DNA of 64,000 nucleotides from Patescibacteria group bacterium (GCA_016861085.1 BOKR01000001.1:515271-579270), one strand, 5' to 3'; positions 49,030 through 58,358 are shown, counted from the stretch's first letter. Notes: generated from the letters alone by a model not told the origin. Numbers and translations are program-made.

Positions 49030-50052
49030 ATGCAAGAAACTAGAACTTTACTCGTAACAGGCGGAGCCGGATTTATTGGTTCGAATTTTATCTTATATTG
49101 GCTGAAAAAATATCCAGAAAGTAAAATTATTAACCTTGATGCTTTGACCTATGCTGGTAATTTGGCAAACTTACGTTCGATCCAAAACTACCCAAACTAT
49201 ACTTTTGTTGAGGGCAGCATTACAAATAAAGAACTTGTGGATAATATTATGGACGATGTAGATGCTGTAGTTCACTTTGCTGCAGAGTCTCATGTTGACC
49301 GATCTATTCTTGATCCTGGTATATTTTTGCAAACCAACGTTATCGGTACACATATCCTCTTAGAGTCAGCGCTTACAAATAATGTGCAACACTTTCATCA
49401 TATTTCTACAGATGAAGTTTTTGGATCACTACCACTCAACACACCTGAAGCCCAATTTAGTGAGACTACCCCATACGACCCACGCAGTCCTTACTCTGCT
49501 AGTAAGGCATCTTCAGATCACTTAGTCAGGGCCTATGGAGAAACCTATGGACTCTCCTACACTATAACTAATTGTTCAAATAACTATGGAGAGTATCAAT
49601 TCCCAGAAAAATTGATTCCATTGGCCATCACAAATATCATGGATGGTCTCAAAGTTCCTGTGTATGGTGATGGAATGCAAGTGCGCGATTGGCTTTATGT
49701 GCAAGATCACTGCACAGCTATTGATTTAGTTTTACATGCAGATAAGTCAAGTAATACATACGTTGTCGGGGGTCTCACTGAAGACGTTCCTAATATAGAA
49801 ATAGTAAAAATGATTCTCAAGATTATGGGTAAAGGTGAAGATATGATTGAATTTGTGACAGATAGACCTGGTCACGACAAGAGATACAGTGTTAACTGGT
49901 CAAAAATAAAAACTGAGCTCGGGTGGAAACCGTCAGTATCTTTTGAAGAAGGTTTAGAAAAGACAATTCATTGGTATCAGGAAAACAGACATTGGTGGGA
50001 ACCGCTCAAAGCCGCCAATCAAGAATTTTTCAAGAAGAATTACTCAAAGTAA
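49030..50052 (+). CDS. rfbB: dTDP-glucose 4,6-dehydratase
   Basis: TGGAGFIGSNF, HFAAESHVDRSI, STDEV, YSASKA, NCSNNYG, RDWLYV, DRPGHD.RY. Confidence 0.96.
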   Translation: MQETRTLLVTGGAGFIGSNFILYWLKKYPESKIINLDALTYAGNLANLRSIQNYPNYTFVEGSITNKELVDNIMDDVDAVVHFAAESHVDRSILDPGIFLQTNVIGTHILLESALTNNVQHFHHISTDEVFGSLPLNTPEAQFSETTPYDPRSPYSASKASSDHLVRAYGETYGLSYTITNCSNNYGEYQFPEKLIPLAITNIMDGLKVPVYGDGMQVRDWLYVQDHCTAIDLVLHADKSSNTYVVGGLTEDVPNIEIVKMILKIMGKGEDMIEFVTDRPGHDKRYSVNWSKIKTELGWKPSVSFEEGLEKTIHWYQENRHWWEPLKAANQEFFKKNYSK

Positions 50053-50061
50053 AAGGTAATT

Positions 50062-50649
50062 ATGAAAACTACATTTTCACCTTCTCAAGAAAACAAAATT
50101 AGTGAAACAATTCACAAAACTGCAATTGAAGGACTGTATTTTATCCCGCACAAACATTTTCCAGACGAGCGTGGATTTTACAGTGAACTTGCTCGAACCC
50201 CAGAGATTGATGCTCTAACTGGTGAGACTTTTGTTGCTAAACAGTTTAATCAGTCACGCTCAATTCAGAATGTTATTCGGGGAATTCACGCTGAAGACTG
50301 GAATAAGTTGGTTACCGTAACAAACGGTCTTTGCTTTTGCGCCCTTGTGGACTTGAGAAAGCACTCCCCTACTTTTGGCAAACACGAAACCTTGGCGATT
50401 GGTACAGCCCAAGAAGCTCTCAAAGGTTCTTTATATATCTCAAGAGGAATTGGAAACTCTTTTTGTGTTGTTCAAGGGCCAGTTGACTACGTCTATGCCG
50501 TCGACTCTCTCTGGTCAGAGCGTGATAAAAGTAAAGATGTCGCTATAAATTTATTTGATCCAGAGCTAAATATTGAGTGGCCAATTCCAAAAGAACAAAT
50601 GATTATTTCTGACAGAGACACAAATAGTATCTTATTAAAAAACTTGTAA
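50062..50649 (+). CDS. rfbC: dTDP-4-dehydrorhamnose 3,5-epimerase
   Basis: DERGFYSE, RGIHAEDWNKLV, VDLR..SPTFG, DPELNIEWP. Confidence 0.9.
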   Translation: MKTTFSPSQENKISETIHKTAIEGLYFIPHKHFPDERGFYSELARTPEIDALTGETFVAKQFNQSRSIQNVIRGIHAEDWNKLVTVTNGLCFCALVDLRKHSPTFGKHETLAIGTAQEALKGSLYISRGIGNSFCVVQGPVDYVYAVDSLWSERDKSKDVAINLFDPELNIEWPIPKEQMIISDRDTNSILLKNL

Positions 50650-50663
50650 AAGGGACAAAGTAC

Positions 50664-51539
50664 ATGAAACAGGCAGTATTGGTTACTGGTGCAAATGGGT
50701 TGGTTGGATCAAAATTCACACAGCAGTTCGCGGACACATATGATTTTGTCTCTTTAGACATCTCAAACCCCCTCAATCCTGTCGATATTACACAGTCAGC
50801 TTCAGTGCTGAAGGCACTAGAAAATACGCAAGCCAAGCACATTGTTCACTACGCAGCCTACACAGATGTTACTGGAGCATGGAAGCAAAATGGTGATGAA
50901 TCAGGAATCGCTTATAAGGTGAATGTAGATGGAACAAAAAACATTATTGCTGCCTGTGAAAAAACAAACAAACACCTTATCCATATTTCTACAGCATATG
51001 TATTCAATGGTGAAAAAGAAGGGCTATACTCAGAAAGTGATGAACTGAGCCCAATAGAATGGTATGGTCATACCAAAGCAGAAGCGGAACGTGCCGTAAC
51101 GGAATCAAACATCAAATGGACTATTTTAAGAATTGATCAGCCATTCAGATCTGACACACAGGTTCGACCAGATGTTGTGCGAAGAGTTGCCCAAGGACTT
51201 ACAGATGGTACTTTGTATCCTCAGTTCACCAATCACTATTTTGGGCCAACATATATAGATGACTTTGCCAGAGTCGTTGATTTTATTATAAAAACAGATA
51301 CTATTGGATTATTCAATGCCTCATCAGGTGAAAAATGGACAGATTTTGATTTCGCCAAGCTGGTAAATGAAACATTACAACTCAATGGTACAGTTAAGCC
51401 TGGAGACTTAGATAATTATCTAAGAACTCTTGATCGGCCATATCAACGAAATACTGCAATGGACGTAAGTAAACTCAAAAGTATCCTTGACTTTGAACTC
51501 TTATCAGTAAAAGAAGCCGTTAAGACTGTCGTGATTTAG
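50664..51539 (+). CDS. rfbD: dTDP-4-dehydrorhamnose reductase
   Basis: TGANGLVG, AAYTDV, HISTAYVFNG, YGHTK, PTYIDD. Confidence 0.88.
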   Translation: MKQAVLVTGANGLVGSKFTQQFADTYDFVSLDISNPLNPVDITQSASVLKALENTQAKHIVHYAAYTDVTGAWKQNGDESGIAYKVNVDGTKNIIAACEKTNKHLIHISTAYVFNGEKEGLYSESDELSPIEWYGHTKAEAERAVTESNIKWTILRIDQPFRSDTQVRPDVVRRVAQGLTDGTLYPQFTNHYFGPTYIDDFARVVDFIIKTDTIGLFNASSGEKWTDFDFAKLVNETLQLNGTVKPGDLDNYLRTLDRPYQRNTAMDVSKLKSILDFELLSVKEAVKTVVI

Positions 51540-52173
51540 TTTTGCGCCACTGTGAAATTTTTTCATGATCCCCAGTCAGTAAAATTTCAGGTACCTGCCA
51601 GCCCCTATATACTTCTGGCCTAGTATAGGTTGGAAAACCAAGCTTTCCTGGAATTGAATGAGATTCATCTGCGAAACTTTCTTCATTACCTAAAACACCA
51701 GGAATTAGACGAGCCACCGCATCTAAAATGACTGCAACAGCTGGTTCACCACCCGTAAGCACATAATCGCCAATTCGTAACTCCTCATCGATAAGATTAT
51801 CTGCAACTCGTTCATCAACTCCTTCATAATGGCCACAAATCAACACTAACTCTTCTAATTGTGCATACTCTTTTGCGATTATTTGGTCAAACAATTTACC
51901 CTTAGCTGAAGTAAGTACAATTTTTTTCTTATCCATTTCTTTGTTCACCCCAATATGTTGCAGTGCCAAATCAATAGGTTCAACCTTCATCACCATTCCC
52001 GGACCACCTCCAAACGGGCGATCATCAGTCATTTTGTGTTTATCTAAAGCAAAATCTCGTATATCAATGATTGTAAACTCAACTAATTCTTTTTTTTGAG
52101 CTCTTTTGATCATAGAAGTTGCAAGAATTGAATCAAAATATTCTGGAAACAATGTCAAAATTGTTATTTTCAT
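51520..52173 (-). CDS. trmD: tRNA (guanine37-N1)-methyltransferase
   Basis: TLFPE, DDRPFGGGPGMVM, CGHYEGVDER, IGDYVLTGGE, YTRP. Confidence 0.97.
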   Translation of the reverse strand: MKITILTLFPEYFDSILATSMIKRAQKKELVEFTIIDIRDFALDKHKMTDDRPFGGGPGMVMKVEPIDLALQHIGVNKEMDKKKIVLTSAKGKLFDQIIAKEYAQLEELVLICGHYEGVDERVADNLIDEELRIGDYVLTGGEPAVAVILDAVARLIPGVLGNEESFADESHSIPGKLGFPTYTRPEVYRGWQVPEILLTGDHEKISQWRKTKSRQS

Positions 52174-52180
52174 CTTCTAT

Positions 52181-52224
52181 ATTATATCTTAGTAGTGCAA
52201 GGAAAACAAAAAACTTGCTATCAT
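52181..52224. promoter_or_regulatory. Divergent leaderless promoters: TATAAT (minus, 52181-52186) and TGCTATCAT (plus, 52216-52224)
   Basis: They lie 7 nt from the trmD ATG and 6 nt from ATG 52231. Confidence 0.6.
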
Positions 52225-52230
52225 ATACGT

Positions 52231-53307
52231 ATGGCACAAGAACAAGCTGGACCAACACTCACGAGTATCACATACGCCGGACGCCAAACCGTAAAATTCG
52301 GTTTAATTTTCCTTGTAATTTTAATGGTTGGAAGAATCACCATTAACGCTTTCGTCGCCTATTGGAAAGCAACACACTCAGAACCACCTCCTCCACCAAC
52401 GGTTGGGTTTGGCTTACTTCCTCCTATTAAATTTCCAGCTCAAACTGAAGATGATAAACCAATCTCTTATAAGTTAGAAACCGCTACAGGCACAACTCCA
52501 GATTTTGGTGATAGAGCTAAAGTGTTTTTTATGCCAAAGGCAACAGCTAGCTTACTTGCAGACCAAAGTGCAAAAGCTACAGCGGCCAAGCTTGATTATG
52601 TTTTCGAACCGCAAGCCCTGACAACAGAACTATACCGATGGAATCGGTCTCAACCACTACTGTCCACACTTGAAATGAATATTAGAACTAACAGTTTTAA
52701 GATTACAAGCAATTATTTATCTCTTCCAGAGCTCTTGGTCAATAAACAGGTGCCCTCTGGTTTTGAAGCAATTAACAGGGTCAAAACGATGTTGAAACGA
52801 GCTGATTTACTTGCTGATGATGTTGCCACTGCCTCAGGAGAAATCGTATACCTCAAATCCTTAGGTGGGGAGTTGGCACCGGCTGTTTCACAATCCGATG
52901 CTGACTTTATTCAAGTTGATCTCAATAGATACCCAATTGACGGTGTATTTAGAATGTATACTCCTGAAGGCTATATCGGTTCAATAACTGCAATTCTGAC
53001 TGGTGCTTTTGAGAGCAGAGATTCAATTGTTGAGCTTTTCTATAATTATCATCAGGTAGACTATGAGCAAGTGCACACTTATCCACTGAGAACCAGTCAG
53101 TCTGCATGGCAAATTTTGCAGGCTGGTGAAGGGTATATTGCAGTCAAAGGTTCCGATGATGCTGCTGTTGTTCGGACTGTAAGCTTGGGATATTTTGACT
53201 CTTTTGAAGAACAAGAGTACCTGCAACCTGTGTATGTTTTTGAAAATGCCGATAGTGGGTTTGTGGGATACGTTCCGGCCTTAGATCCAAAATATATCCA
53301 GAAATAA
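52231..53307 (+). CDS. Hypothetical membrane-anchored extracytoplasmic protein
   Basis: One N-terminal TM, a Pro-rich linker (EPPPPP) and C-terminal LGYF..YLQPVYVF. Start refined to ATG 52231. Confidence 0.75.
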   Translation: MAQEQAGPTLTSITYAGRQTVKFGLIFLVILMVGRITINAFVAYWKATHSEPPPPPTVGFGLLPPIKFPAQTEDDKPISYKLETATGTTPDFGDRAKVFFMPKATASLLADQSAKATAAKLDYVFEPQALTTELYRWNRSQPLLSTLEMNIRTNSFKITSNYLSLPELLVNKQVPSGFEAINRVKTMLKRADLLADDVATASGEIVYLKSLGGELAPAVSQSDADFIQVDLNRYPIDGVFRMYTPEGYIGSITAILTGAFESRDSIVELFYNYHQVDYEQVHTYPLRTSQSAWQILQAGEGYIAVKGSDDAAVVRTVSLGYFDSFEEQEYLQPVYVFENADSGFVGYVPALDPKYIQK

Positions 53308-53321
53308 ATCATTCCCTGGGG

Positions 53322-53327
53322 TATAAT
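53322..53327 (+). promoter_or_regulatory. -10 box TATAAT 7 nt upstream of the gltX ATG
   Basis: Consensus hexamer with no SD before the start codon. Confidence 0.6.
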
Positions 53328-53334
53328 ACCAGTT

Positions 53335-54768
53335 ATGAAAGTACGCACACGAATGGCCCCAAGTCCGACTGGCGAGATGCATGTTGGAAGTCTCTCTATT
53401 TCACTTAAGAATTATGCTTTCGCAAAAAGACATGGTGGACAATTTATTCTTAGAATTGAAGACACAGATAAAACCAGAGAAATCGAAAACGGTGTTGAGT
53501 TGATTCAAGATATTCTTAAAAAATATGGCATTACCTGGGATGAAGGCCCTGGGGTTGGTGGTGATCATGGTCCATATATTCAGTCTCAAAGGCTTGATAT
53601 GTATAAAAAATATGCTGAGCAGCTCGTCTCAGAAAAAAAAGCATATTATTGTTTTTGTACTACTGAAAGGCTTGAAAAACTTCGCGACTCACAAAGAGAG
53701 CAAAAGATTCCACCAAAGTACGACAGCCATTGTAAATCACTTTCAGCAGATGAAATCAAACAAAGAATTGAGAGTAACGAACCTCATGTCATTCGTCTGG
53801 CTGTACCACAAAACAGAGAAATTACCTTCACAGACTTAATTAGAGGTGACATTAGTTTCAACTCAAGTACTGTTGATGATCAAGTGTTATTGAAATCAGA
53901 CGGCTACCCAACTTACCACATGGCAGTTGTTGTTGATGACCATTTAATGGATATCACTCATATTATGCGTGGAGAAGAATGGATCAGCTCAACTCCAAAA
54001 CATATTTTACTCTATCAAGCATTTGGCTGGGAGTTACCACAGTTCGCACACATTCCAGTGTATCTCAACCCCGACGGTCAAGGAAAAATGAGCAAACGAA
54101 AAGGGCATGTAAGTGCACAGTCATTTTTAGATCGTGGCTATTTACCAGAAGCCATGCTCAACTTCTTTATGATTCTTGGGTGGGCACGTGAGGATGAAAT
54201 TGAAATCATGACACTAGATGAATATGTTAAAGCATTTGATCCAAAAGATGTCAGCCAAAAATCTGTTGTTTTTGATATCAAAAAACTAAACTGGATTAAT
54301 GGTGTGTACATTAGAAAACTCACTGTAGAACAACTTTTAGAAAAAATAACTCCATTTTTACCCAATGATTTTCCAACCCAAAAATTGAGTATCATTCTGC
54401 CGTTAATTCATGAACGCCTAGAAACTCTCGCCGATATTGAACAACTAACATCATTCTTCTATCGCGATATTTCTGTTGATACACAGCTGCTTCTTAAAAA
54501 ATCATCAGTAACTGAAGTAAAACAGCAACTTGAGGCCACTCTGAGTGTTTTACAGGCTATTGAGCCAAAAAATTGGAACGTTGCAACTATTGAAATAGCT
54601 GTCCGTGAACTTGCAGAAAAGAATAACTGGAAACCGGGCCAGTACTTTATGATGCTACGTCTTGCCGCAACAGGAAGTAAAGCTACTCCACCACTGTTTG
54701 ATACTTTGTATGTAGTTGGAAAAGAACTCATGCTGCAAAGGCTTGCAGCTGCCCTCAAACTCATCTAG
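53335..54768 (+). CDS. gltX: Glutamate--tRNA ligase
   Basis: RMAPSPTG, HVGS (HIGH), LRIEDTD, YCFC, PTYH, RGEEW, KMSKR. Confidence 0.97.
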   Translation: MKVRTRMAPSPTGEMHVGSLSISLKNYAFAKRHGGQFILRIEDTDKTREIENGVELIQDILKKYGITWDEGPGVGGDHGPYIQSQRLDMYKKYAEQLVSEKKAYYCFCTTERLEKLRDSQREQKIPPKYDSHCKSLSADEIKQRIESNEPHVIRLAVPQNREITFTDLIRGDISFNSSTVDDQVLLKSDGYPTYHMAVVVDDHLMDITHIMRGEEWISSTPKHILLYQAFGWELPQFAHIPVYLNPDGQGKMSKRKGHVSAQSFLDRGYLPEAMLNFFMILGWAREDEIEIMTLDEYVKAFDPKDVSQKSVVFDIKKLNWINGVYIRKLTVEQLLEKITPFLPNDFPTQKLSIILPLIHERLETLADIEQLTSFFYRDISVDTQLLLKKSSVTEVKQQLEATLSVLQAIEPKNWNVATIEIAVRELAEKNNWKPGQYFMMLRLAATGSKATPPLFDTLYVVGKELMLQRLAAALKLI

Positions 54769-54780
54769 AATGAGTATGTA

Positions 54781-55659
54781 ATGCCTGCCGTAATTCAGCC
54801 ACCATCCGAAAAGTTGACAAAACTAAAATTGTTTCTAGAAAAAACAAAAACTGATTTTTATTCTGAAAATTCTGAGCTTGCTGATTGGATGAATGATCGA
54901 AAACTTGTTGTAGAACAACTTGGTGTCTCTAAAAAAGATCAAGAATTACAACAAATTGAGATTGATTCCGTTGAGAAAGAGTTAGTCGAAAAATTAGCTC
55001 AATCTAAAACAACAGACAAGCCACTTGCCTCAAAAATCACCAAAGAAGAATTCGACTCAATTATGGAAAAAATAGTTGAACTCTTAAAACTTCCTGCCGG
55101 AAAGCTTGAAGAAGAATCTGAGCTGTACCTGGAACAACAATTGTCTGATATTCTTGGATTTGATGTTAATGCAAATCTGGACGGTCACACACTTTTGTTT
55201 TCAACCGGAGTTATGAAGGCTACATCACACCTTAAACGTTCTCCCACTGACACTCTTGAAAACCATACTAATTATCACGAAGCTGGACTGAGTCTCAATC
55301 GAAGTGCGTTTGGGTGGTTTTCTGGTAGTACCGAAATCGACCAAACAGCAATTGACCAAGAAAAATATTATGTTGCTGTCCCTTTGTACTATCATGAGGA
55401 TTGGAATACTAAGTTTACTGAATTAAAACAGTGGTATAAATTCAGAAAAGTCGTAGTTATCAACCCTGCAGAGCGAATTGCAGTAGTTGGAGTTATTGGT
55501 GATATCGGTCCCTCAACCTATACTAGACGTCAATTTGGGGGCTCACCAGAGCTTATTCATGCAGGAAAAATATGGAGCCCAAAAAGCGCAGGGAAAGTAT
55601 TATTACTTTTTGTAGATGATCCTAAAAATACTGTTCAACTCGGACCAATACTCTTATGA
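54781..55659 (+). CDS. Hypothetical protein with possible C-terminal RlpA-like double-psi beta-barrel
   Basis: Charged helical N-terminus, then KVVVINP..AVVGVIGDIGP..RQFGGSPE. Confidence 0.6.
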   Translation: MPAVIQPPSEKLTKLKLFLEKTKTDFYSENSELADWMNDRKLVVEQLGVSKKDQELQQIEIDSVEKELVEKLAQSKTTDKPLASKITKEEFDSIMEKIVELLKLPAGKLEEESELYLEQQLSDILGFDVNANLDGHTLLFSTGVMKATSHLKRSPTDTLENHTNYHEAGLSLNRSAFGWFSGSTEIDQTAIDQEKYYVAVPLYYHEDWNTKFTELKQWYKFRKVVVINPAERIAVVGVIGDIGPSTYTRRQFGGSPELIHAGKIWSPKSAGKVLLLFVDDPKNTVQLGPILL

Positions 55660-56000
55660 AAACACTTGATTTAATTAACATTGATTCATTTAAACAAAAC
55701 TATTATAAAGCGTTGCTTCCACTTGAAGAAATTAATGCTTTTTTAGGTCAGTTTGAAGAACGAGAACTTGAAGCTGCAACACAATCACTAATCTCTCTGT
55801 TTGACGTTGCTATTACAAAAACGGTTTTACTCAATTTAGACTCTGTTCCCGAAAAACAAGAATTTTTGCGGCTTGCACAAGATGATTATACAAGCCCTGC
55901 GGTACTGGATTTTCTTATTGATACGTTTCCAGGTAGCGAAGAACTTATTAAACAAGCGTTAGAACGAACACTTCTTAGTGCAAAAAAGGCGATACTGTAG
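55656..56000 (+). CDS. Hypothetical helical protein
   Basis: 114-aa ORF coupled to the upstream gene by an ATGA overlap. Confidence 0.65.
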   Translation: MKTLDLINIDSFKQNYYKALLPLEEINAFLGQFEERELEAATQSLISLFDVAITKTVLLNLDSVPEKQEFLRLAQDDYTSPAVLDFLIDTFPGSEELIKQALERTLLSAKKAIL

Positions 56001-56016
56001 TATCGTAGGACATGTC

Positions 56017-56406
56017 ATGCTCATTATTAATCTACATATTGGCTCAAGATTTCCCGTCGATAGAAAAAAGCTCAGGGCGGCTGCAAAAAAAGTTCTTGAT
56101 GAAAACAGTGTTACTCACGCGCAAGTTGATATTTCAGTTGTTGGAAAAAGAAAAATTAAAGAACTAAATGAGTCAAAGCTCAAACATGAAGGCGAAACTG
56201 ACGTCCTCTCTTTTCCACAGCACGAAAAAAATAATTTGTATGACTTTCCTCTGCCAGAGGGGATTCCTCCACATTTAGGCGATATTGTTATTAGTTTTCC
56301 AGAAGCTGTTAAAACAGCCAGAAGATACGGAAAGCTCGTTGACGATCAAATTTGTTTTTACTTACAACACGGAATGATGCACTTACTTGGGTATCACCAC
56401 GAATAG
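56017..56406 (+). CDS. ybeY: rRNA maturation endoribonuclease YbeY
   Basis: TDVLSFP, LGDIVIS and HGMMHLLGYHH (H3xH5xH). Start refined to 56017. Confidence 0.93.
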   Translation: MLIINLHIGSRFPVDRKKLRAAAKKVLDENSVTHAQVDISVVGKRKIKELNESKLKHEGETDVLSFPQHEKNNLYDFPLPEGIPPHLGDIVISFPEAVKTARRYGKLVDDQICFYLQHGMMHLLGYHHE

Positions 56407-56408
56407 CT

Positions 56409-57992
56409 ATGTCATGGAATAGAACATACCGACCAACCTCAGTTGCCGACTTGCACTTGGATTTTGTCAGGACCCAAATTCAGCGAATGATGGACGCTGG
56501 GAAAATCCCTCAAGCTTTGTTATTTGCTGGACCAAAGGGTACTGGTAAAACTTCAACTTCTAGAATTATTGGTGCTGTCGTTAATGATCCAAAAAATGAG
56601 TCCACAGTTACTTCAGTCTATTTTAAAAAAGAAAAACCAAAGAAAAAATTAGTCGAACCTGATCCCAGTAGTGAATTTAATCAAAAAATCTTTGCTGGAA
56701 CCTCATTTGTAGTACAGGAAATGGATGCTGCCAGTAATCGCGGTATTGATGATATTAGGCAATTGAAAACTCGCGCCTATTTACCACCCCAAGAAGGGAA
56801 GATGTCCGTCTTTATTCTTGACGAAGCACACATGCTCACCACTGAAGCATTTAATGCCCTTCTAAAATTGCTTGAAGAGCCTCCAGAACACGTTATTTTT
56901 ATTCTAGCCACAACTGAGCTCCACAAAATCCCTGACACTATTATTTCTAGATGCCAGTTAGTTGAATTCAGAAAGGCAACCCCAAGAGAAATCACTAATC
57001 GACTTAAAAGTATATTGATTTCCGAAAAAATTGAATTTGAGGATGAAGCTCTTGCAGTAATAGCAACCAACGCCGATGGTAGCTTTAGGGATGCCGTTAA
57101 GTTACTTGAGTTATCCTCGCAATCAGGTAAAGTTACAATTGCCGAAGTTTCAGCATACACCAGTGCAGCCGTTACCGTTGAAGTAGAGCTACTTTTGAAA
57201 TACTTATTGAATAAAGATGAAAAGGCAGTTGTAGAACTTTTTGAAACCCTTAGAGAAAAAAATGTCGAACAACAGTACTTCCACAAATCACTCCTTACAT
57301 TAATTCACACAAGTTTATTGCAGAATCTTAAAATAGCTTCAGGTGAGTCAGTCATTAATAAGACAGTAGCCCAATTTTTACTTCAAGAACTCAGCAGTTC
57401 TGAACTGAGCTCTGCATCACCAATCCCACATCTGAGGCTTGAGTTGAAGATCCTTGAATTAATAGATCGATCAAAAAATAAATCAGGTGGAACTGTAAAA
57501 AAAAATCCTGAGGTGAGCTCAAAAACAGCACCCGATACTTCTATTACCCATTCAACAAGTAGTCAGTCAACGCCTTCTCAGTACGAACGAGAGTTTTCAG
57601 CTCAAGTAAATCGTGAAGATACACTCTCAGATACAGTAAGCGTTCAAAACAGCACTCAATTCTTGGGTGATGCTACTCTATTAAAACAAAAATGGAGTGA
57701 ATTTGTTGAGACTTTAGCTATCAACAACTCAACCTTAGCCGTGCTGCTGCGATCTGCAAAACTTGTATCTGTTCAAGAGCATTTAGCTGTAATTGGGGTC
57801 TACTACAACTTTCATCAGGAACAGTTATCCCAACAAAAAGCGTTATCCATCATTCAAGATTGTATAAAACAAATAATAGGCGACTACATTGAGCTTGAAT
57901 TCATTTTGCTCAAAACCCCAGACAAGGCAGAACTTATAGAACCACAAAAAACCGATACTTTGGTCAACTCTGCGCTACAAGCACTCCTCTAA
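56409..57992 (+). CDS. dnaX: DNA polymerase III subunits gamma/tau
   Basis: YRP, GPKGTGKT, DAASNRGIDDIR, LDEAHMLT..AFNALLK.LEEPP, LATTE, SRC and GSFRDA. Start ATG 56409. Confidence 0.95.
   Translation: MSWNRTYRPTSVADLHLDFVRTQIQRMMDAGKIPQALLFAGPKGTGKTSTSRIIGAVVNDPKNESTVTSVYFKKEKPKKKLVEPDPSSEFNQKIFAGTSFVVQEMDAASNRGIDDIRQLKTRAYLPPQEGKMSVFILDEAHMLTTEAFNALLKLLEEPPEHVIFILATTELHKIPDTIISRCQLVEFRKATPREITNRLKSILISEKIEFEDEALAVIATNADGSFRDAVKLLELSSQSGKVTIAEVSAYTSAAVTVEVELLLKYLLNKDEKAVVELFETLREKNVEQQYFHKSLLTLIHTSLLQNLKIASGESVINKTVAQFLLQELSSSELSSASPIPHLRLELKILELIDRSKNKSGGTVKKNPEVSSKTAPDTSITHSTSSQSTPSQYEREFSAQVNREDTLSDTVSVQNSTQFLGDATLLKQKWSEFVETLAINNSTLAVLLRSAKLVSVQEHLAVIGVYYNFHQEQLSQQKALSIIQDCIKQIIGDYIELEFILLKTPDKAELIEPQKTDTLVNSALQALL
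57497..57505 (+). other. Candidate dnaX slippage/frameshift site (A9)
   Basis: GTA AAA AAA AAT CCT GAG GTG A. The -1 frame gives AAA TCC TGA and the +1 frame gives ATC CTG AGG TGA. Lies just after domain III. Confidence 0.65.
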
Positions 57993-58062
57993 AAAAGAAC
58001 CGCTAGATTCGAATAGATTGTTATAGTAAAATTGGACTATTAGTAAGAAAGGAAATAGTAAT

Positions 58063-58344
58063 ATGGCGAATCCACTCAAAGCCCTCGGAGACTTAAACAA
58101 ACTCAGAAAACAGGCACAACAAATGCAACAGCAATTACAAGCTGAAGAAATCAGAATTGAAGAAGGTGATATTTTAGTCGTTATTTCTGGTGACCAAAAA
58201 ATCAAACAGTTCTCTGTCCAAGGAGTTTCAAGCCCAGAAGCGATTGAAGTTTTGAACAAAGCAATCAAAAAATCACAAGAACTAGCTGCCAAAAAACTGC
58301 AAGCAATGACCGGCGGACTCGGCGGTATGCTTGGTGGAAATTAA
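58063..58344 (+). CDS. ybaB: YbaB/EbfC nucleoid-associated protein
   Basis: KQAQQMQQQL, VVISGDQKI, A.NKA.KKSQE and MTGGLGGM. Follows dnaX, with SD-like AAAGGA upstream. Confidence 0.88.
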   Translation: MANPLKALGDLNKLRKQAQQMQQQLQAEEIRIEEGDILVVISGDQKIKQFSVQGVSSPEAIEVLNKAIKKSQELAAKKLQAMTGGLGGMLGGN

Positions 58345-58358
58345 TTTTTTAAAGCTTA

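Noticed and set aside
56777-57286. 169-aa minus-strand ORF, and the many other 60-135-aa nested or antisense ORFs in the track
   Set aside because: They lie wholly within well-supported genes, with no motifs or independent start signals.
57993-58062. Possible structured RNA between dnaX and ybaB
   Set aside because: Only 70 bp with short AT-rich stems. A promoter plus SD explains it adequately.
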